The position numbers were made by a program, and so were the translations under genes. Below, piece by piece: positions 44,875-51,823 of a stretch of 64,000 nucleotides of DNA. Source of the DNA: a candidate division FCPU426 bacterium (lineage in GTDB: Bacteria; Oederibacteriota; Muellerivitia; Muellerivitales; Muellerivitaceae); the NCBI GenBank assembly GCA_963796105.1, contig CAWCKJ010000006.1:32001-96000 (forward strand), in the 5' to 3' direction. The notes below the pieces were generated by a model, which had not been told where the DNA came from, made no database searches, and saw only the letters and a list, made by a program, of their open reading frames with translations. Position 1 is the stretch's first letter, and each line of letters begins with the position of its first letter.

Positions 44875-45889
44875 GGGGTCAGGCCATCATTCATCATTTT
44901 ACAAATAGTGTGAGTTGTTTACAATGCCCTAATGCCAAGGCCTAAACGGATCCATTACGAAGGGGCGGTTTACCATGTAACCTCGCGCGGTAATGAACGG
45001 CGAAAGATTGTTATGAATGACGCCGACCGCTGGATGTTTATTCGGTTATTGGGGGAAATGGTTGAAGAGAATGGTGTGTTATGTCACGCTTGGGTATTGA
45101 TGGATAATCATTACCATTTGATGCTGGAAACCCCAAGCGCGAATTTATCAGCAGCCATGAAACATTTAAACGCCCAATACACACAAAAATTCAATAAAAA
45201 GCATTATCGGAACGGGCATTTGTTCCAGGGGCGGTATAAGGCCATTATTGTGGAGAAAGACAGTTATTTAAAGGAATTAAGCCGGTATGTGGTATTGAAT
45301 CCGGTAAGGGCCCGGATGGTAAAACACCCCAAAGACTGGAAGTGGAGTAATTACCGGGCGACGGCGGGATTTGATAGGGCGGAAAAATGGCTGGAAGTGG
45401 ACTGGTTATTAGGGCAGTTTGGAAAGGAAAGAAAAAAGGCGCAAAAATCATACAGGACTTTTGTGGAAGAGGGGATGGGGAAGAAAGAAAAGCCTTGGGA
45501 TGATTTGTATTCGCGTATATACCTGGGTGGTAAGGAGTTTTTGGACAAGGTTCACGAAGTAGGGCAACGTCACAAACATTTGGATGTACCGAAATATCAG
45601 AAAAACGTGGTAAAGCAAGATCCGAAAGAAGTGCTGGAGAAAGTAGGAAGAATGTATGGTGAAAAAGCGGAGGAAATATTGAGGGCAGGCAAAAGGGAGT
45701 CGGAAGCCCGGGATATGGCGATATATTTATTAAAGAGAAAATCAGGAATGAGTTCCAAGGCGATAGGAATAAAGATGGGGGTGGGGGAAAGCGCGGTGGG
45801 AAACCGATTGATGAAGATCAAAAAAAGGTTGGCGGAAGACGAAAAGTTTGCACGAAAGCTGATAAAGTGATGAATGATGGCCTGACCCC
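44875..45889 (+). mobile_element. Y1 HUH transposase unit bounded by 27-bp inverted repeats
   Basis: GGGGTCAGGCCATCATTCATCATTTTA (44875-44901) vs reverse complement of 45863-45889, 26/27 match. Confidence 0.8.
44932..45870 (+). CDS. REP-associated-type (RAYT-like) Y1 tyrosine transposase with C-terminal HTH
   Basis: YHVTSRGN, LMDNHYHL (HUH), GHLFQGRY, RYVVLNPVRA, WKWSNY; DnaA-C-like HTH tail. Confidence 0.88.
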   Translation: MPRPKRIHYEGAVYHVTSRGNERRKIVMNDADRWMFIRLLGEMVEENGVLCHAWVLMDNHYHLMLETPSANLSAAMKHLNAQYTQKFNKKHYRNGHLFQGRYKAIIVEKDSYLKELSRYVVLNPVRARMVKHPKDWKWSNYRATAGFDRAEKWLEVDWLLGQFGKERKKAQKSYRTFVEEGMGKKEKPWDDLYSRIYLGGKEFLDKVHEVGQRHKHLDVPKYQKNVVKQDPKEVLEKVGRMYGEKAEEILRAGKRESEARDMAIYLLKRKSGMSSKAIGIKMGVGESAVGNRLMKIKKRLAEDEKFARKLIK

Positions 45890-46360
45890 ATTGTTCATCT
45901 TCCGAAGGATTTTGAAAAAGCCAAGGTGGTGGGTGAAGTTCCTGAAACAGACCGGTTTGATTTAACCATTGGCCTTTCTATACGGAATAAAAAAGCTTTT
46001 GATCAGTATGATCAAGAACTGCACAGTATAAAAAACCCTCGAAAGCGCCATTATCTTACCCGTGATCAAGAAGAAAAGATGTTTTATCCGACCAAAAACA
46101 ATTATCAGGCCTTAATTGATTTATGCAAGTCGCACGGGCTGAAAATTAGAGGCACAGATCCTGATCGTCTTTTGTTGGCTGTAAATGGCACGATTAAAGA
46201 TATTCAAAAAATATTTCACATAAAGTTTCATAAATACCAGATGCCCAATGGTTTTGAATTCCGTTCGCCCGATCAGGAGCCATCAATCGATTTGGACGTA
46301 CCGATAGAACGTATAGATAGTCTCGGCGATTATTTTAGGGCAGTACCGGCTGAGAGGTAA
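45890..46360 (+). CDS. Stand-alone Pro-kumamolisin (S53 propeptide)-like domain, probably 5'-truncated
   Basis: LTIGLSIRN, NPRKRHYLT...FYPT, HGLKI, VNGTIKDIQKIF; frame is open back into the transposase IR; own stop at 46360 with no catalytic domain. Confidence 0.7.
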   Translation: MVHLPKDFEKAKVVGEVPETDRFDLTIGLSIRNKKAFDQYDQELHSIKNPRKRHYLTRDQEEKMFYPTKNNYQALIDLCKSHGLKIRGTDPDRLLLAVNGTIKDIQKIFHIKFHKYQMPNGFEFRSPDQEPSIDLDVPIERIDSLGDYFRAVPAER

Positions 46361-46385
46361 GAGCTTTTTTAACTGAGATTATTTG

Positions 46386-46422
46386 CCTGCACATGGCTGT
46401 CGCAAAAAGGATGGTGTGCAAC
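46386..46422. repeat. 37-bp cassette-delimiting repeat, copy 1
   Basis: CCTGCACATGGCTGTCGCAAAAAGGATGGTGTGCAAC. Confidence 0.95.
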
Positions 46423-46494
46423 GTCGTTAGCTGAAAAAGTCTGATTTGGAAACTTTTTCAACTAGTTCGATTTAGCAGTAGGGAGGCGTATTAA

Positions 46495-46647
46495 GTGAAA
46501 TTTCTAAAAACGTTTAAACCAAACTGTTCATTCCAAAATGTCCTCAATGCTTTGCCCCTTTCCAGGAATAATAATCTTCAGGCATCACTTTCAATTACCG
46601 TTTTTACGCCCAGCACTCATTTGAAATTCTTTGGAGGCATTTCGTGA
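46495..46647 (+). CDS. Conserved cassette leader ORF 1 (50 aa)
   Basis: GGGAGG RBS; MKFLKTFKPNCSF...ALPLS...FGGIS; stop overlaps the GTG at 46644. Confidence 0.55.
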   Translation: MKFLKTFKPNCSFQNVLNALPLSRNNNLQASLSITVFTPSTHLKFFGGIS

Positions 46648-47756
46648 AAAAAGAAAATAGAACCATTTTTTCAATGAGGTGGTTAAGAAAAGAGTTTGTT
46701 AGTGGGCTAACAACTATATTTCTTTTTAGTCTCGTTTTATCAATTGGTACTAAGACAGTTAATGCTCAAGACCATCCGGATCAAATAAAACATCCTTCTT
46801 TTTTTCAACCAGATGAAGAAGCAAAAAAAGTTTTTAATGATCGAATATATTTAGCCCAAAAGAAAGGCGAAAAAAGAAAGATAGTGGTATACGGCGAAGT
46901 CCATTTTGAAGAAAAATCTAAGGTTGAAACTAGCAAACTTTATTTTACCGATGGTCAAGGGAAAATCCTTAATACTTTTAATATTTACCCTAATTCTAAT
47001 GTTCATAACTGCCAAAGTGATATTCGCTTTTCGAAAAAATATCTTTCCATTCGAAGGACTTTTCGAGACGGAAAAAAAGAGGTGCTGGATGGTTTTGTGT
47101 TTAACAATGAAGGAACTGTTTTGTGGCATGTCCCAAAAGAAGATGTGTCCGGTTATATTTTCCCTTGTGATAAAACTGAAAGCGTGTTGACGATTGATGA
47201 TTGGAAAGGTCATTTAATAAATTACGATATTAATGGTGTCGAAAAGAATAATAAATACTTTTCCGATCAAAACGATGAAAAGTTTCCCGATTTGGCAACC
47301 CCAGATTCAGAGAATGCGGCAATTTGGGGAGGTTGCGCTTCTTCCGATGACGGCAATTATGTTGCCGTCGCTAGGTCGTCCAACGATATAAGGAATTTTC
47401 AAAATGAACTCACTTTGATTAATTCAACCGGGAAGGTTATATTCCAAAATAAAGATAATCAGTCACTTTTTAATTCTGTTTTGAAGGTTTATGAAGATCC
47501 TAATCTTATTGTTCTGTGGGGGAAAATTAAAGGAATGCCTTCGATGTTTAAACATGATGTAGGACATCATGAATATTTTGGATTTGATTTTACCGGAAAG
47601 TTGCTTTGGAAAGTTGATGGTGAAAAATATTATATCGATCCAACATTGATGAATTCCCGAATAGTTAGCCTGAGTGAAATTGACAACACAAATGGGAAAA
47701 CGCATTTACTGCAAAGTAATCTAACACTTAATGTCTCAACAGGGGAAATTAAGTAA
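46644..47756 (+). CDS. Cassette 1 secreted hypothetical protein (beta-propeller-like)
   Basis: Signal-like N-terminus, repeated G(K/T)xLW-type blade motifs, AT-rich. Confidence 0.7.
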   Translation: MKKENRTIFSMRWLRKEFVSGLTTIFLFSLVLSIGTKTVNAQDHPDQIKHPSFFQPDEEAKKVFNDRIYLAQKKGEKRKIVVYGEVHFEEKSKVETSKLYFTDGQGKILNTFNIYPNSNVHNCQSDIRFSKKYLSIRRTFRDGKKEVLDGFVFNNEGTVLWHVPKEDVSGYIFPCDKTESVLTIDDWKGHLINYDINGVEKNNKYFSDQNDEKFPDLATPDSENAAIWGGCASSDDGNYVAVARSSNDIRNFQNELTLINSTGKVIFQNKDNQSLFNSVLKVYEDPNLIVLWGKIKGMPSMFKHDVGHHEYFGFDFTGKLLWKVDGEKYYIDPTLMNSRIVSLSEIDNTNGKTHLLQSNLTLNVSTGEIK

Positions 47757-47792
47757 TAAGTCCTTTTATAAATATTTTAGAAAGTTGATTAT

Positions 47793-48011
47793 ATGCTAAA
47801 AAAATACTTTTTTATTTTAGGTTTTTTTCTTTTTCCTTTTCTGGGTCATTCCCAAGAAATAACTTTTAGTTGGCCATTCCTAGATCCAGACGGAAATTTT
47901 CCATCTAAAGTTCAGCATATAATACGTCAAACCGTAGGTGCTTATCGTGGACCCCGAAATACTGCTACACCAGCAATAAGTGGGTCCCGTTTTCACCGAG
48001 GAGTGGATTTA
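47793..48011 (+). pseudogene. 5' fragment (73 codons) of a secreted M23-peptidase-like gene cut by repeat 2
   Basis: Signal peptide MLKKYFFILGFFLFPFLGHSQ, then ...SWP...GAYRG...RFHRGVDL ending exactly at the repeat. Confidence 0.7.
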
Positions 48012-48048
48012 CCTGCACATGGCTGTCGCAAAAAGGATGGTGTGCAAC
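48012..48048. repeat. 37-bp cassette-delimiting repeat, copy 2
   Basis: Identical to copy 1. Confidence 0.95.
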
Positions 48049-48089
48049 CTCTCCTCCACCCACCAGTCAGTAGCAGGGAGGTGTATTAA

Positions 48090-48254
48090 ATGAAATTTCA
48101 CAAATCTTTTGAATCAAACTGTTCTTTCTGTTCGGCCTTTCAAGCTTTGCCCCTTTCCTGGAAAAATCATCGTTTAAACTTTTCCACATTTCCTAATTTG
48201 AAGACTTTGCCGAATACTGTTTACCATCAACCAACTTTCGGAGGAATTGAATGA
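48090..48254 (+). CDS. Conserved cassette leader ORF 2 (54 aa)
   Basis: GGGAGG RBS; MKFHKSFESNCSF...ALPLS...FGGIE; ATGA overlap with 48251. Confidence 0.55.
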   Translation: MKFHKSFESNCSFCSAFQALPLSWKNHRLNFSTFPNLKTLPNTVYHQPTFGGIE

Positions 48255-49222
48255 AAAAGGAAATCAAAAGCTATTTAGCCATTTTGCTTGCAACTTCGAT
48301 TTTAGGCTTTTTGTGTGCATCCTCCTTTTGTCAAGCTGCTACCGAATCAAAAATCTTTACTAAAAAAGAAATTTTATTTCTGAACTGGGGGAAGTCAAAT
48401 AACGAAGTCGGTTTGACAAAGAAAACGTTAAAGCCGTATCAAGGAGGCGGCATAAATTATTTTTATCCAACAGATTTTGGAATCGACGGAGAAGAAAATT
48501 TGTACATTCTTGATGCGCCTAACAACAAGATAAAAGTATTTTCTAAAAACGGTGATTTTATCAAGTCGTTTGACAATGAGTTGCCAAACATAAAAATGCT
48601 TGTGGGACAAGATGGAGAAGTTTATTTGCCGATCTACGCAGATAGTTTCAAAAAGCATTGGGTTTTACGGATCAAGAAAAATGGTGAGCAAATAAAGTAC
48701 ACAGGGGAATTGGGCGAGTATGTCGAAGGAAATACGATGTATCGCTGGGACGGGAAACCCGTAATGGTTTTTGAGGATAAAAAGAATAACGATTTTTCCA
48801 ATGAGCCTCCTCATTTATATCGGGAAAAGGATGTAACGCAAGATAATTTGCGCGAAAAGAAAATTTATATTAAAACAAAACAAATAAATAAATTTTTAAA
48901 CTTGAATGATAATCCGGATTTAGAACTGCCAATAGTCCAAAAGAAAAACATGTGGACTCACGGCCCCGAAGTCATCGGTGTAGATAAAAAGGGTAATATT
49001 TATCTTCACTACAACTTTGAATGGGCTCGTGCTTTGGTTGAGGAGGATTTGTATGTTTATTCCTCTCAAGGAAAATTAATTGGAAATATCCAGTTTTATG
49101 ACAAGCCCGCCACCCGAGAACATTACCGGGAAGATTTTATAAAAATTAGCAATGAAGGCAATGTTTATCAAATGTTAATCTTGGAAGATGGGGTTCATCT
49201 TTTCGAATGGCAAAAACAGTAA
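48251..49222 (+). CDS. Cassette 2 secreted protein with NHL/beta-propeller-like repeats
   Basis: Signal peptide; PTDFGIDGEENLYILDAPNNKIKVF; GVDKKGNIYL. Confidence 0.72.
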   Translation: MKKEIKSYLAILLATSILGFLCASSFCQAATESKIFTKKEILFLNWGKSNNEVGLTKKTLKPYQGGGINYFYPTDFGIDGEENLYILDAPNNKIKVFSKNGDFIKSFDNELPNIKMLVGQDGEVYLPIYADSFKKHWVLRIKKNGEQIKYTGELGEYVEGNTMYRWDGKPVMVFEDKKNNDFSNEPPHLYREKDVTQDNLREKKIYIKTKQINKFLNLNDNPDLELPIVQKKNMWTHGPEVIGVDKKGNIYLHYNFEWARALVEEDLYVYSSQGKLIGNIQFYDKPATREHYREDFIKISNEGNVYQMLILEDGVHLFEWQKQ

Positions 49223-49320
49223 AAAATATAAGCCGGTTTTTATTATTCACCACCATTTTTTTGGCACAAACTTGCCTACTTGTTCCACAAGCAAAAGCGG
49301 GGCCGTCTTCACTGCCGGTC
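49207..49320 (+). pseudogene. 5' fragment (38 codons) of a secreted-protein gene cut by repeat 3
   Basis: MAKTVKNISRFLLFTTIFLAQTCLLVPQAKA-GPSSLPV is a complete signal peptide with an AxA site; not in the ORF track. Confidence 0.6.
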
Positions 49321-49356
49321 CTGCACATGGCTGTCGCAAAAAGGATGGTGTGCAAC
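49320..49356. repeat. 37-bp cassette-delimiting repeat, copy 3
   Basis: Identical to copy 1. Confidence 0.95.
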
Positions 49357-49464
49357 AAAATTAAAGTATTCTCATAATTTTTCTGGCAATTTTTTTAAAA
49401 CGTCTATTAACAGGTATTCAACCCTCTCCTCCACCCACCAGATAGCAGTAGGGAGGCATATTAA

Positions 49465-49584
49465 GTGAAATTTCTAAAAACGTTTAAATCAAAATGTTCA
49501 TTCCTATCAGCTCTTTCTGCTAATTTCAAACACGAAAGTTTAATCGAAAATCGTAATTCATTAAACATCGGAGGTTTGGAATGA
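49465..49584 (+). CDS. Conserved cassette leader ORF 3 (39 aa)
   Basis: GGGAGG RBS; MKFLKTFKSKCSF...IGGLE; ATGA overlap with 49581. Confidence 0.55.
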   Translation: MKFLKTFKSKCSFLSALSANFKHESLIENRNSLNIGGLE

Positions 49585-50657
49585 ATTCCTCTTCGTATAT
49601 ATCGAATATCCATAGGAGGTTATGCATGATAAAAGAAATTAAAAACGGAAATGAACTGAAATGGTTAACAAAAGAATTCAAAGGTGTACTTATTTCTGTT
49701 TATATAATTATTTCACCTTCTTTAACAAATTATCTATGGGGTGATACTTACACCCCAAAGGTGAAATATGAAAAAAAATATAAATTTGATTATAAATTCC
49801 ACATGGAAAAAGAAAATCCATCGTGTGTTTACATAATTGATTCAGGCAACGTTTACGAGCTTCATTACAAAAACCCTTATGTAGAGGTTTTCAATAACAA
49901 GGGAAACCCTTTACGGACTTTCAAATGCAACTGGAAGGGTGGCGAACCCAACGTTACTTATAGGCTATTGATGGATGATAAAGGGAATATGCTTGTCTAT
50001 ACACCATGGACCAACAACGCAAATAATTTCATCTTGGATAAAGATGGAAATTTATTAAAGACCTTTTTTTGTGGAGTAACTTGGCCTTGGAAAATCGGAT
50101 TTGAAAATGGTGTCGTTTATGACAAGGCAAATGGAATTGTATTAGGTGCTATTGACGAGAAACGGGGCGAAATTAAGCAAAAGATATTTTTTAAAGATAT
50201 TGACGATTTATATAACCCTCATGATTTACAGGAACCCCATCGTGGAGTAAAAATAAAAAAGCATATTAGACAAATAAAACTGCCGAAATATCTTCAACAA
50301 ATTGACGGTTCATATGTGGAAATCGAAAAAATCAAAGAAATGCCATTTGGGTTATATACAACTCCACCCAAAGGATTTGATGGAAAATTCAAATATGAAG
50401 AAATTATCGATATGGATGAGCAAGGTAACATTTATGCGAGATATGAAACGCCTCCGATTAGGATCGGCGATAAATACACAGGAAAAGTGAATCAAGCTTT
50501 CAAAATTTTCGTTTTTAATCCCAACTTTAAATTGTTGACTGTCCTAGATGCGAAAGATATTGGTTTTCCAGATCTTCCGACAAGAAATTTGTATGAATTA
50601 AAACCCGGACCAGAGCCGGGAGATATCAAGGTATATAAATGGGAAAAGATGCACTGA
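49581..50657 (+). CDS. Cassette 3 hypothetical protein (NHL/beta-propeller-like; alternative start 49626)
   Basis: IDSGNVY, DDKGNMLV, DMDEQGNIY; ends VYKWEK, resembling LFEWQK of the cassette 2 protein. Confidence 0.7.
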   Translation: MNSSSYISNIHRRLCMIKEIKNGNELKWLTKEFKGVLISVYIIISPSLTNYLWGDTYTPKVKYEKKYKFDYKFHMEKENPSCVYIIDSGNVYELHYKNPYVEVFNNKGNPLRTFKCNWKGGEPNVTYRLLMDDKGNMLVYTPWTNNANNFILDKDGNLLKTFFCGVTWPWKIGFENGVVYDKANGIVLGAIDEKRGEIKQKIFFKDIDDLYNPHDLQEPHRGVKIKKHIRQIKLPKYLQQIDGSYVEIEKIKEMPFGLYTTPPKGFDGKFKYEEIIDMDEQGNIYARYETPPIRIGDKYTGKVNQAFKIFVFNPNFKLLTVLDAKDIGFPDLPTRNLYELKPGPEPGDIKVYKWEKMH

Positions 50658-50661
50658 GAAA

Positions 50662-50698
50662 CCTGCACATGGCTGTCGCAAAAAGGATGGTGTGCAAC
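50662..50698. repeat. 37-bp cassette-delimiting repeat, copy 4
   Basis: Identical to copy 1. Confidence 0.95.
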
Positions 50699-50778
50699 AG
50701 GAACAGTTTTTGGAGTGAGTTGCAAAATTGTAGTGTTTACCGGCGGAAATGCGGGTTTCCGGTGCATGTTCCTAGGCT

Positions 50779-50900
50779 CAATAAAATCGAGGTTTTAACA
50801 GTCACCCCAAGTGTTAACACCAATAAAATTGCGGTGTTAACGGTCGCCCATAAGTGTTAACACCTGAAAAATTGCGGTGTTAACAGCAGGTGTTAACACC
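50779..50900. repeat. About 43-bp tandem repeat (about 3 units) built on GTGTTAACAC palindromes
   Basis: GTGTTAAC cores at 50811, 50834, 50854, 50877 and 50890. Confidence 0.75.
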
Positions 50901-50943
50901 CTAATGTCGCCGGAAATGTGGGCGGGTTATCCTACCTGCCGAC

Positions 50944-51660
50944 GGAAACTCGAGTATCTTGGAACCTTGGAACTTTGGAACTGGCCTGGAACCACCGAAA
51001 TTCGAGAATCTTGAAACCTTGGAACTCTGGAACTCGCCTGGAACCACCGAAATTCGAGTATCTTGGAACCTTGGAACTTTGGAACTGGCCTGGAACCACC
51101 GAAGTTCGAGAATCTTGGAACCTTGGAACTCTGGAACGCGCCTGGAACCACCGAATTTCGAGAATCTTGGAACCTTGGAACTCTGGAACTCGCCTGGAAC
51201 CACGACACCCGGGAAACCTGGAACTCTGGAACTCCTGGAACCGGCCTGGAACCACGACACCCGGGAATCCTGGAACTCTGGAACTCCTGGAACCGGCCTG
51301 GAACCACGACACCCGGGAAACCTGGAACTCTGGAACTCCTGGAACCGGCCTGGAACCATGACACCCGGGAAACCTGGAACTCTGGAACTCCTGGAACCGG
51401 CCTGGAACCACGACACCCGGGAATCCTGGAACTCTGGAACTTCTGGAACCGGCCTGGAACCACGACACCCGGGAATCCTGGAACTCTGGAACTCCTGGAA
51501 CCGGCCTGGAACCACGACACCCGGGAATCCTGGAACTCTGGAACTTCTGGAACCGGCCTGGAACCACGACACCCGGGAAACCTGGAACTCTGGAACTCCT
51601 GGAACCGGCCTGGAACCACGACACCCGGGAAACCTGGAACTCTGGAAATCCTGGAACTGG
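50944..51660. repeat. 52-bp GGAAC-cored tandem array, about 13-14 units
   Basis: Unit GGAACCACGACACCCGGGAAACCTGGAACTCTGGAACTCCTGGAACCGGCCT; continues briefly after IS21 at 54432. Confidence 0.9.
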
Positions 51661-51823
51661 TGTCATTGGCCGCGAGCTTTAACCCCCTAGCTGGCCAAGC
51701 ACTTTGACCCCACCTCTGGCCAGTCACTTTGACCCCCTGTCTGGCCACCGACTTTGACCCCCTTGCCAAGGGCCTCTCTAACCGTCATTCCTTTCTTTTT
51801 TCACTTCATGTGAGGAGAACGGC

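Noticed and set aside
49280..49468. Short ORFs reading through the 37-bp repeat (also 49146..49358 and most of 50639..50860)
   Set aside because: The repeat is crossed in different frames at different copies, so it has no consistent coding role
46386..50698. Canonical CRISPR array or integron attC array
   Set aside because: Spacers are 1.3-1.6 kb and no cas genes are in the window; the repeats are invariant, only 37 bp, lack the RYYYAAC...GTTRRRY arrangement, and no intI is present. Kept as a novel-type array instead.
50901..51769. Six overlapping ORFs of 147-280 aa
   Set aside because: By-products of a stop-poor 52-bp repeat whose period is not a multiple of 3; the same peptide cycles through all frames
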